Assembly: GCA_048884785.1 (NCBI GenBank)
Contig: JBHLQM010000066.1
Span: 1 to 17,476, forward strand
Direction: 5' to 3'
Source of the DNA: Candidatus Thorarchaeota archaeon
Lineage (GTDB): Archaea > Asgardarchaeota > Thorarchaeia > Thorarchaeales > Thorarchaeaceae
Length of the DNA: 17,476 nucleotides
Shown: positions 8,428 through 16,657 of the stretch, in pieces
How the letters are laid out: every line of letters starts with the position of its first letter
Position numbering within the stretch: position 1 is the first letter of the stretch
Notes under the pieces: model-generated
Told to the model about the DNA's origin: nothing
Databases searched by the model: none
What the model saw: the letters and a program-made list of their open reading frames with translations, nothing else
Position numbers and translations under genes: made by a program

Positions 8428-9003
8428 CTACGACTCCTTTACTAGAGTCTTCCCTATGGAATATGCCTTTCCTACCTCAAGGCCTAAAGCCCAATATTGG
8501 TCTGCAGGCCTCGTGAATACAAATGGATTGACTTTCTTCTGGTCCAGCACTCCATTTGTCAAATACTGCTCCTCAGTATAAATGGCCTTCACCTCACCAA
8601 GCACAAATACATCGTTAGGAAGATCGACTGTTTGATACACGCTGCATTCTGCTGAGATGGGACACTCTCGTATCATTGGTGCAGTCTCAAGCTTTCCAAA
8701 GAATACATCAAATATCTGAGATTTGTCAATGTCCCTTCCGGAATAGAGCCCACAATAGTCAGTCTTTTGAACAAGTTTGGCATTTGGAAAGTTGACGCTG
8801 AAGGTGTTGTTTTCCAGAACGCCCTCGAGGGTGTAACGCTTCTTGTTTAGGGCAACACCCCAGATGTTTGGGTTGATATTGACTCGCGTAAGCCATGCCA
8901 CTGTGAGAAAATTGGGTCGGCCTTTCACCAGAGATCCGACAAGAGCAATTGGTTTTGGAAAGGGAGCCGAATTCGGACTGATCTCAACTTTTGTCATTAT
9001 CAT
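8428..9003 (-). CDS. Flavin reductase-like (flavoredoxin-type) FMN-binding protein
   Basis: FPKPIALVGS, PNFLTVAW, FSVNFP, DYCGLYSGRDIDK, APMIRECPISAEC and FVLGEV. Confidence 0.9.
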   Translation of the reverse strand: MIMTKVEISPNSAPFPKPIALVGSLVKGRPNFLTVAWLTRVNINPNIWGVALNKKRYTLEGVLENNTFSVNFPNAKLVQKTDYCGLYSGRDIDKSQIFDVFFGKLETAPMIRECPISAECSVYQTVDLPNDVFVLGEVKAIYTEEQYLTNGVLDQKKVNPFVFTRPADQYWALGLEVGKAYSIGKTLVKES

Positions 9004-9099
9004 TCATCATTCCAGTGTCATTATGATTTCCAACCTATCTACGATTCCTTTTTACTTTCACATGAAAGCATTTTTCGATCTCCAGGGAATACTGTTTCT

Positions 9100-11058
9100 T
9101 CAGACCTGCTTTATCTTCTGACTTTGTATTCTCTCCCGCCTAAGTCTCCATGCAGCAGTTGGCACGACTACGAGTACAACCGCAGTAACCCCAACAAAGA
9201 CCCAGTCAATGTTGTATATCACTTGAAATGAGGTAAAACTGTAAGAAACTGTGGATTCATCGGGGAGTTCGACCAAGATATATCCACTGTAATCAAGCAC
9301 TATCTGAGCAGGTGTGCCTTCTAATTCATATTGAAGTGTGGTCGTTCCGTTGACCCATTCAATCGTGTCAACTAGGATTGAGCCCAGGGTGTCAGAGATC
9401 CTGATTGGTATCTGTTGAGAGTAGACATGCTCATTTACAGGTTCGTTCAAATCTATGATATCAAAGGTCAAGGAAGAGTCACTAGTATCAAAGATTGCAT
9501 TTGTGATCGCATAGTTTGGAAGTCGGCCATTAGCAAACCATGGAAAGAAGAACCAATCAAGGTCTGAATTTAGGACTGATTCGAACGCAATCTGCAAGTC
9601 ATTCAGAGTTGCAATGCCGAAGTAGTTGCTCTCACAGAACAAGGATAGGCTATCGATAAAGGCGTCATGCCCGATTGTCAATCGGAGCTTCTCAAGAATC
9701 AGAGGCATTTGAACATAGTCAACAAAGCTGGTCAAGTCTTCCGGTCTAACGGTGTTTGACTGATTGATGATACTGATTGCACCATACTCCGCATGAAACA
9801 GTCTTACACTGTCCAGATAAGTGACCGATTGAAAGTGCTCCCAGTCTGAATAGTAATACTCGCCAAAATAGGAGTGGGACCATGAGGTGAGACCCTCATC
9901 TAAGAAGCCCCAGTCAACGCAATCATCGCCTACTATCTGCGACCACCACTGATGTGCCACCTCATGTACGATGACCAATTCGAGATACCATGAGACACGT
10001 GTACCGGCTTGAATCTGCTCTGATATGACACGAGTCGCGTAGACCTGGCATGGATACTCCATCCCGCCGTAGTATGCATGCTGCTCAACTATATTCAGAG
10101 TGGGATATGGATAGATGCCAAACGTGGAATTGAATAGATCAAGGGCCTGCACTGCTTGTTCCAGTGAGTCGTCCTCCCACACACTCGCAGATACTGGCAG
10201 GAAATAAGTTGATACATTTACCCCGTTGAAGATAGTAGATTCGATCATATAGAATCGTGAGGCGGAGAATGTTACTTCTCGTACAGGGATTGAGATGTTG
10301 TAATGGTATTGTACTCTACCGCCTTCTGTAGTTTGGTCTGCAAGCTCTCCTGTAGCAGCAACAACCATCCCTTCAGGAACTTCAACCAAGAGGTCATAGA
10401 AAGCCATATCGAAGTAGAACGGATCGCCCCCGTAGGCATATGGGTCAGTATTCCAGCCATCGAATATATCGTACACGCACGGAATGGGAAAGAATCCAGT
10501 GAATGTGTAGATTCTGTCTTGACCTACATCGGTCCCTTGCGCTCCGGCTCTATCATAGCCATCGGGTAAGATAGACTCGAATGTTATATTCAATGAAACA
10601 AATTCACCGGGGAGGACGGGTGAAGCAAATTCGACCCACATCAATTGCTGACCTGAGAACACGTCGACATCTGAGACCTCAGGAGAGTCTCCTGTTGATA
10701 CCACGTTGTTAATGACAATTTCGCCCTGGCGTGTTTCATAGCTCATTCCTGATAGATAGAGATGAAAGGGAATTCTATCAAATGAGATTGACTCTTCGTT
10801 GTAGAAATCAATGAGAAGCGTGCCATTTGCTGATGCGGCTGCTTCATCAAGACTGACAGTGAGGTTCAATCTCGAAAAATTGGCCTGACTGAAATCTCCC
10901 TTGGAGTAGCTCTCATAATCATTAGCTAGAAGAGCTCCTATACTAGCTTCGCTCTGAGATGAGTCCTTATTTTGAGGTTCAATAGGAATCGAATTTCCAG
11001 CTACTGATAAGAGTAACAATAGAGTAATCATGGCCAGAGAAGCGTATATTCTATCCAA
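9100..11058 (-). CDS. M1 family zinc aminopeptidase, secreted, with C-terminal TM anchor
   Basis: GGMEYP exopeptidase motif and HEVAHQWW-...-FLDEG zinc site, plus a signal peptide and a C-terminal TM with basic tail. TTG 11058 is preferred as start because GGGAG lies 9 nt upstream; the longest ORF starts at 11142. Confidence 0.9.
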   Translation of the reverse strand: MDRIYASLAMITLLLLLSVAGNSIPIEPQNKDSSQSEASIGALLANDYESYSKGDFSQANFSRLNLTVSLDEAAASANGTLLIDFYNEESISFDRIPFHLYLSGMSYETRQGEIVINNVVSTGDSPEVSDVDVFSGQQLMWVEFASPVLPGEFVSLNITFESILPDGYDRAGAQGTDVGQDRIYTFTGFFPIPCVYDIFDGWNTDPYAYGGDPFYFDMAFYDLLVEVPEGMVVAATGELADQTTEGGRVQYHYNISIPVREVTFSASRFYMIESTIFNGVNVSTYFLPVSASVWEDDSLEQAVQALDLFNSTFGIYPYPTLNIVEQHAYYGGMEYPCQVYATRVISEQIQAGTRVSWYLELVIVHEVAHQWWSQIVGDDCVDWGFLDEGLTSWSHSYFGEYYYSDWEHFQSVTYLDSVRLFHAEYGAISIINQSNTVRPEDLTSFVDYVQMPLILEKLRLTIGHDAFIDSLSLFCESNYFGIATLNDLQIAFESVLNSDLDWFFFPWFANGRLPNYAITNAIFDTSDSSLTFDIIDLNEPVNEHVYSQQIPIRISDTLGSILVDTIEWVNGTTTLQYELEGTPAQIVLDYSGYILVELPDESTVSYSFTSFQVIYNIDWVFVGVTAVVLVVVPTAAWRLRRERIQSQKIKQV

Positions 11059-11138
11059 AGTTATTATCTCCCTGCAATAAACACAGTGTATTTCGTGAAG
11101 ATAAGCCCTCTTTTTGACGTATTCTGAGGTTTGGAGAT

Positions 11139-11381
11139 TCATTCCATGCTTTGTAGTCGTGTCAACTTGCCAATCTGTAGTGCGAGATAGAGAAGCACTA
11201 GCACGAGCGCGGCAAATCCTAGAGCAACTATCCCTGGAAGTGGATTATCGTAGGTCTGCGTAAGAATTGATGGTAGTGCAATAAGAAGCATGAGCAAAGT
11301 GATTATGACGACGAGATACTTGCACACGTCATCGGAGATCATTACTCCTCTCGGTCGAGGAATATCTTCTTCATATGCCAT
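11139..11381 (-). CDS. Small two-TM hypothetical membrane protein (80 aa)
   Basis: The ATG at 11381 (MAYEEDIPRPRG) follows GGTGA at 11386-11390; two hydrophobic helices. Confidence 0.7.
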   Translation of the reverse strand: MAYEEDIPRPRGVMISDDVCKYLVVIITLLMLLIALPSILTQTYDNPLPGIVALGFAALVLVLLYLALQIGKLTRLQSME

Positions 11382-11487
11382 GAAATCACCAACAATCATT
11401 AGGGAGTGAAGGTGAATAATATACCTTCGCAATAGGATGCTGTAAAAACAATACTTATTGGAAATTCGGACGACCAAACTCACTCTT

Positions 11488-11494
11488 GAGGTGA
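11488..11494 (+). promoter_or_regulatory. Shine-Dalgarno GAGGTGA of the VOC gene
   Basis: Lies 4 nt before TTG 11499 and matches the archaeal-type SD consensus. Confidence 0.7.
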
Positions 11495-11498
11495 TTAA

Positions 11499-11867
11499 TT
11501 GGCATCATTTTGTGTCATTGGTATCTATGTTCATGATATGGACAGTGCATTAGATTTCTATTGCACGAAACTGGGATTCAAGGAAATTGAGAGATATAAC
11601 AATGGATGCATTGTTCGATTAGAAAATAGCGGGCCGCCCGTCATACTAGAAGAAGTAGCGCACCCAAATGATTCGAAATATCCTGGATTCTCTCAGGTAG
11701 TTCTTGGGATTGAGACCGATAACATCATGGAAACTTCAGATCGGCTGCGAAAGGCCGGAGTTACTTTTCTCCATAAAGAGCCGGAGGAATTTGTCGCGGG
11801 TCATGTCATGGCGATGAAAGATCCCTCTGGGAACGTGCTTGAGTTGCTACAATTCAGAGAAGAGTGA
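11499..11867 (+). CDS. VOC (glyoxalase/bleomycin-resistance) family protein
   Basis: IYVHDMDSALDFYCTKLGF...LRKAGVTF...KDPSGNVLELLQ. Confidence 0.9.
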   Translation: MASFCVIGIYVHDMDSALDFYCTKLGFKEIERYNNGCIVRLENSGPPVILEEVAHPNDSKYPGFSQVVLGIETDNIMETSDRLRKAGVTFLHKEPEEFVAGHVMAMKDPSGNVLELLQFREE

Positions 11868-11888
11868 GAGAGGAACGAGCCTCTCTCA
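11865..11888. terminator. Perfect hairpin TGAGAGAGG-AACGAG-CCTCTCTCA between convergent genes
   Basis: 9-bp stem whose outer 3 bp are the two TGA stop codons. The terminator role is inferred from position only. Confidence 0.5.
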
Positions 11889-13094
11889 GTAAAAGGATGG
11901 CTGACGCTCGTACTCTCTCTTTGGAGGTTCCATGTTGAGGGTTTCCTCTGCGGGTAGAATCTCGATCACTTCATAGTTGCTACTTCCAACACCCATTTTC
12001 TCAACATATTCCAGCCCCATGTAAGGATTCTTCATTGGGCCCCAGAGCCTCTTTAGTGGATGCATTTTCGAATCAGTGTTGAAATGCTTGAAATAAGGAG
12101 GGACTAGATGTTCGATGATTCCTGCTTTTTCGATATAGTCTAATGATGCAGTATCTATAGCAACAAGATCCCTACTTCCCATGATTCCGATATCAGGAAC
12201 AACACTTGGCTGTGCAATTGCCGCACAATCGCAGTGAGGTGTGATTTCAAGAAGGAAATTCAAGAAGAATCGCTTATTCTCATCAAATGTATCTAACACG
12301 TTCTTTGTGGCTATTGCCATTATCTCTTGAAAAGAATCAAACATCTCGGGCACGATCTTGAGGCAACCAACGCCTTCATCAGCTTTCAGGCACTCAAAGC
12401 AGTTTGAATTGTAGCACCCACCCGCACCAAGCTTGAGCTTGTGTTTTTCCTCATCATATGAAATTGCCTTGTAAAGACATGCATCGACTAATTTCTTTGC
12501 ATGTTCCGGTGTGCACTTGTCTGCATCCCAATAATCGATAGATTGCTCGATACCATGCAGCTTCTGCCAGCGAGTTTGTGCAACATAACAGCCAAATGCC
12601 AGATTCTTGAGTGCCCCGCCATATCCTGCACACATGTGACCCTTGGCATGTGCGAGATCGACAATAGCATCAGCATCTCTAATTACTCCAGCCATCTCGA
12701 GGTCCTCCACCGTTCGATAGTTGATATTGACGGGCTCTTTGTAGCCGTCCTTTACGCCGCTGATGGGGATTATAGGACAACCACACGTTTCCGAGGTGTA
12801 ACCTCTCTCAACTGCATTGTAAACAGCAGTTGGATTATCAGTGATGAAGGGCCATCCGCCTGCATCCTTCACGGCCTTCACAACTCGCCTGACAAAGAAT
12901 ACAGGGACTGTTTGATATCCATCTGAAAAGCCCAAATGCATCTTGATGGCAACCTTGTCTTGCTTCTCTATCGTTGAGAAATCAAGCATCTCAAGTAGCT
13001 GGTCAAACTTGGCAGTCATTGATGCAAAAGCAGAGTCACGACCCTGCTGAATAGATGCAAAATACACCTTCGCTTTCTCGCTCACACTAATCAT
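11886..13094 (-). CDS. DUF362-domain Fe-S protein with a modified ferredoxin-like insert
   Basis: KVAIKMHLG, GWPFITD, AHAKGH...GGALKNLAFGC, ITPHCDC and PDIGIMGSRDLVAIDTASLD. The start could be GTG 13085. Confidence 0.85.
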   Translation of the reverse strand: MISVSEKAKVYFASIQQGRDSAFASMTAKFDQLLEMLDFSTIEKQDKVAIKMHLGFSDGYQTVPVFFVRRVVKAVKDAGGWPFITDNPTAVYNAVERGYTSETCGCPIIPISGVKDGYKEPVNINYRTVEDLEMAGVIRDADAIVDLAHAKGHMCAGYGGALKNLAFGCYVAQTRWQKLHGIEQSIDYWDADKCTPEHAKKLVDACLYKAISYDEEKHKLKLGAGGCYNSNCFECLKADEGVGCLKIVPEMFDSFQEIMAIATKNVLDTFDENKRFFLNFLLEITPHCDCAAIAQPSVVPDIGIMGSRDLVAIDTASLDYIEKAGIIEHLVPPYFKHFNTDSKMHPLKRLWGPMKNPYMGLEYVEKMGVGSSNYEVIEILPAEETLNMEPPKREYERQPSFY

Positions 13095-13104
13095 CTCGTT
13101 AATT

Positions 13105-13121
13105 TTCTCATATAGTGAGAA
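13105..13121. promoter_or_regulatory. Palindrome TTCTCA-N5-TGAGAA upstream of DUF362 (candidate operator 1)
   Basis: Perfect 6-bp arms 11-27 nt upstream of the ATG; a near-identical copy lies at 13886-13901. Confidence 0.6.
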
Positions 13122-13154
13122 TGCGTTCTTATTACCTGATATAAAAATATCGAA

Positions 13155-13823
13155 TCAAGCGAGGCATGTACGTAGTTCGTCTATTATTTCCGATTTGTTG
13201 AGAAGAACACTGAGAAGCTTAATCAAACCGAGGGACTTGTCTACCTCATCCCAGTCGCCAGATGTAATTGACTCCAGAGCAGATCTCTCACCCTCTGAAA
13301 CAAGAGCTTCGATTTCAGACTGTTTGGCAGATTCTAGATTTCGGAGTATATTCCCAAGGCAAGGGATGGATACCTTTCTTCCATGAAGTTGCTCGAGTCC
13401 GATAGCTACACGTTCTACAGTATTCATACCGGCCTCACTCGTCCACCATTCGGATGTTTCAGGATGTGTCATGAACACAATCGCGGTTCTTGCGAACAAT
13501 GTTTCAGACGCAGTCTTTCCAATAGCAATTCGCTTCCCCGCAGGTATCACCAGATCTACTTTTTCGAGATGTTTCAGATACCTGTATAGTGTTTTGTCAG
13601 ATTTTGATTCATATTTCTTATCTTCGGCTGCAGCTCTGTTGTAGGCCTCATCTAAATCACGAACCGTCATTGGGCCTTTACGCAACACTTTGATAATGAG
13701 ATAATAGGCCGGGTCTTCCAATATCTCAAGCGTCTCTTTATCACGAAGAATCTTGACCGGTGCAGGAGTGAATGAAATGACATCCTGACTCTCGCCTTGC
13801 TTTGGTTTTCTTCCGACTGACAT
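13155..13823 (-). CDS. Winged helix-turn-helix putative transcriptional regulator
   Basis: IIKVLRKGPMTVRDL...KSDKTLYRYLKHLEKVDLV is an ArsR-like wHTH, followed by a helical C-domain. The start was moved from 13967 to ATG 13823 (13844 possible). Confidence 0.75.
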   Translation of the reverse strand: MSVGRKPKQGESQDVISFTPAPVKILRDKETLEILEDPAYYLIIKVLRKGPMTVRDLDEAYNRAAAEDKKYESKSDKTLYRYLKHLEKVDLVIPAGKRIAIGKTASETLFARTAIVFMTHPETSEWWTSEAGMNTVERVAIGLEQLHGRKVSIPCLGNILRNLESAKQSEIEALVSEGERSALESITSGDWDEVDKSLGLIKLLSVLLNKSEIIDELRTCLA

Positions 13824-13885
13824 CTCATTCCCTGACGAATTCATTGCAGTCCTATGGTATAATATTTGCGCTTCATGCGAATATA

Positions 13886-13901
13886 TTCTCATAAGGTGAG
13901 A
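13886..13901. promoter_or_regulatory. Palindrome TTCTCA-N5-TGAGA upstream of the wHTH gene (candidate operator 2)
   Basis: TTCTCATAAGGTGAGA is 14/16 identical to TTCTCATATAGTGAGA at 13105-13120. Confidence 0.55.
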
Positions 13902-13948
13902 TTGTTGAGTGCTATTGCTGAAGTGGTTAGCAAAATTCTGTGAGTATA

Positions 13949-14428
13949 TTATCGTTCCTGAAGCCATTGGCCAATTGCTTGCTTCGAGTATGTTCCTGTC
14001 GCTTTCTCATACGCTTGCTGCGGTGATAATGACACAACTTGAAGAAGTTCTTCACTAACTTTGATCTCGCCCTCATCAGCTTCAGCAGAAAATACAATGA
14101 AAATGACTCCCTTATCATGCCTGGTGGTATAATATGAATTCAGATACCCAGTGATTCGAATTGTCAGATCCGTTTCTTCTTTCAGTTCTCGAGTGAGAGC
14201 ATGTTCCAGATTCTCACCGTTTTCGACAAATCCACCAGGAAGCCCCCATAGATTTGGCCGGTCTTTGTACTGAACCAGAAGCAGCTTGCCGGACAGATTG
14301 ACTATTGCAGCCACCGCAGGAGCAGGGTTATGGTATTCAATATGACCGCATTTGGAGCAGTCAGTCCTGTATGGTTTTTCTTCATCATGAAGTAGCAAGT
14401 CGCTGCCGCATTGAGGACAGAATTTCAA
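13949..14428 (-). CDS. Nudix hydrolase with N-terminal zinc ribbon
   Basis: FCPQCG...CSKCG..YHNP zinc ribbon and Nudix box GGFVENGENLEHALTRELKEETDL. TTG start with GGAGGAG upstream. Confidence 0.9.
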   Translation of the reverse strand: MKFCPQCGSDLLLHDEEKPYRTDCSKCGHIEYHNPAPAVAAIVNLSGKLLLVQYKDRPNLWGLPGGFVENGENLEHALTRELKEETDLTIRITGYLNSYYTTRHDKGVIFIVFSAEADEGEIKVSEELLQVVSLSPQQAYEKATGTYSKQAIGQWLQER

Positions 14429-14582
14429 TTATTGCACTCCTCCGTAGTGATTTAGTCCATGATTGAAATGAAAGACAATTAGTGAAAACCTGGGTTCCCC
14501 TACATATAATAGGCGATTGGTTCTTTTTGGAATATCCTCAGCATTCAGACCATCATAAGATTAAGGCGAAGGAGCAAATTCA

Positions 14583-16538
14583 GTGAAAGGCGATTTCGAG
14601 TTTGGTGGAGAAATAGTATGGCAGCCCAGTGAAGAGTATATTCAGCATGCTCAGTTAACTCGTTTCATGCGTTTGCACGGAATCAAATCATTTGATGAGC
14701 TTATGAAGAGGTCTACTCAAGATGTTGGATGGTTCACAAATGCGGTCTTGGATTTCTTAGACATTCAATTTCACAAGCCCTACAAGCAAGTCGTGGATTT
14801 GTCAGAAGGAATTGCATGGCCCAAGTGGTGTGTAGGCGGCGAACTAAATATTGTTCATAACTGCTTGGACAAATATATGAAATCAACTACTAGAAGCAAA
14901 AATGCTTTTGTATGGGAAGGAGAAGAGGGAGAAACTCGGTCGGTTACGTACGAAGAGCTCTATCGAGAGGTCAACAAGACTGCAAATGCACTTCGCTCAC
15001 TTGGGCTTGGAAAAGGCGATTCAATAGGCCTCTATATGCCAATGGTACCTGAGATTGTAATCGCGCTACTTGCCATTGCAAAGATAGGAGGCATCATCCT
15101 CCCTCTCTTCTCAGGTTTCGGACCAAGCGCAATTGTTGATCGTCTTCATGATGCAAGTGCCAAGGCACTCTTTACTGTTGATGGGGTGTCAAGACGTGGA
15201 CGAGTAGTCCCAATGAAGCCAATAGCAGATGAGTCTGCAAAGCAAATTCCATCACTTGAGCATATCATAGTACTTTATCGAGCTGGAAATGATGTTTTGA
15301 TGGAAAAAGGACGTGACCATTGGTGGCATGATGTTATTGAACACCAATCTGATACTGCTGAAACTGAGATAACAGATGCAGAAGACCCACTGATGATCAT
15401 CTATACATCTGGAACTACAGGTCTTGCAAAAGGTGCAGTTCACACTCATTGTGGTTTTCCAGTCAAGTCTGCACAGGACATGGCATTCGGGACAGATATT
15501 GACTCACAACAAATGATATACTGGATGACTGATATGGGTTGGATGATGGGACCTTGGCTAGTATTTGGGGCATTGTTGATTGGTGCTACATTCTTCATAT
15601 ACGATGGTGCTCCTGATTACCCGGGACCAGATCGTCTCTGGAATATGGTCGAGAAACATAAGATCAGTGTTCTTGGTGTTTCACCCACACTAATTAGACT
15701 GCTCATGACATTTGGCGAGGCACCTGTGAGAAAGCATGATATCTCATCGCTTCGCGCTTTTGGTTCCACAGGAGAACCATGGAATCCGGATCCTTGGATG
15801 TGGTTATTTGATACAGTAGGAAGAAGGAGAATTCCAATAATCAACTACTCAGGTGGGACTGAAGTATCAGGAGGAATTGTGATGGGAAATCCATTACTTC
15901 CTTTGAAGGCGTGTGCGTTCTCCGGACCGTGTCCTGGAATTGCGGCAGATGTCTTTGATGAATCTGGAAAATCAGTGCGAGGACAAGTTGGAGAGCTTGT
16001 CATCAAATCGCCATGGATTGGCATGACTCGCGGATTTTGGAAGAATCCATCTCGGTACGAAGATACCTACTGGAGTCGCTGGGAGAATGTGTGGGTGCAT
16101 GGAGATTTTGCAGCTATTGACTCGGATGGGCTGTGGTACATTCTAGGAAGGTCTGATGATATCATAAAAGTCGCTGGCAAGCGAGTTGGGCCAGCAGAAC
16201 CTGAGTCCATTGTTGTTGCACATCCCTCTGTAGTGGAGGCTGCAGCCATTGGTGTGCCACATGACATTAAGCTCAATGAGATTGTGCTCTTCTGTGTGCT
16301 CAATCATGGTATAACGCCATCAGAGGAATTACGTGAGGAACTCAAGCAGCTGGTGGCAAATCAAATGGGAAGACCTCTAAAGCCTCGGGAAATACTCTTT
16401 GTGAAGGATTTACCGAAGACACGAAATGCCAAGGTGATGCGACGAATGATTCGAGCGGCGTATCTTGGAGAAGACCCCGGTGACACAGCAGCGTTGGTCA
16501 ATCCTGAGGCTGTTGATGAGATAAGGCGCGCTAGATGA
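14583..16538 (+). CDS. AMP-forming acetyl/acyl-CoA synthetase
   Basis: LNIVHNCLD, YTSGTTGLAKG, STGEPW, YSGGTE, GRSDD and LPKTRNAKVMRR (catalytic Lys). GTG start with AAGGAG upstream. Substrate cannot be fixed from the sequence. Confidence 0.92.
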   Translation: MKGDFEFGGEIVWQPSEEYIQHAQLTRFMRLHGIKSFDELMKRSTQDVGWFTNAVLDFLDIQFHKPYKQVVDLSEGIAWPKWCVGGELNIVHNCLDKYMKSTTRSKNAFVWEGEEGETRSVTYEELYREVNKTANALRSLGLGKGDSIGLYMPMVPEIVIALLAIAKIGGIILPLFSGFGPSAIVDRLHDASAKALFTVDGVSRRGRVVPMKPIADESAKQIPSLEHIIVLYRAGNDVLMEKGRDHWWHDVIEHQSDTAETEITDAEDPLMIIYTSGTTGLAKGAVHTHCGFPVKSAQDMAFGTDIDSQQMIYWMTDMGWMMGPWLVFGALLIGATFFIYDGAPDYPGPDRLWNMVEKHKISVLGVSPTLIRLLMTFGEAPVRKHDISSLRAFGSTGEPWNPDPWMWLFDTVGRRRIPIINYSGGTEVSGGIVMGNPLLPLKACAFSGPCPGIAADVFDESGKSVRGQVGELVIKSPWIGMTRGFWKNPSRYEDTYWSRWENVWVHGDFAAIDSDGLWYILGRSDDIIKVAGKRVGPAEPESIVVAHPSVVEAAAIGVPHDIKLNEIVLFCVLNHGITPSEELREELKQLVANQMGRPLKPREILFVKDLPKTRNAKVMRRMIRAAYLGEDPGDTAALVNPEAVDEIRRAR

Positions 16539-16570
16539 TCTATTCACAGAAACACTAAGCCCACAGGAAT

Positions 16571-16631
16571 GAAAGCACAGTGATTCTGTTCACTGTTCTT
16601 TCCGAAAGACTATCAAAAACAGAGATAGTCT
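16571..16631. terminator. Two tandem hairpins between convergent genes
   Basis: GAAAGcACAGTGA-N6-TCACTGTtCTTTC (16571-16602) and AGACTATC-N9-GATAGTCT (16607-16631). Confidence 0.45.
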
Positions 16632-16657
16632 GTAGAGGATGCATAATGCGCCAATAT

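Noticed and set aside
11059-11142. ATGA overlap giving the M1 peptidase an extended N-terminus containing CxxC
   Set aside because: A TTG with a good SD sits directly before the signal peptide, so the extension is probably not translated. This is not fully excluded.
11382-11483. Extended start of the 114-aa ORF
   Set aside because: It would occupy the divergent promoter region, and ATG 11381 has a GGTGA SD.
13824-13967. N-terminal extension of the wHTH ORF overlapping the Nudix gene
   Set aside because: It reads like AT-rich promoter DNA, contains palindromes and shows no protein-like features.
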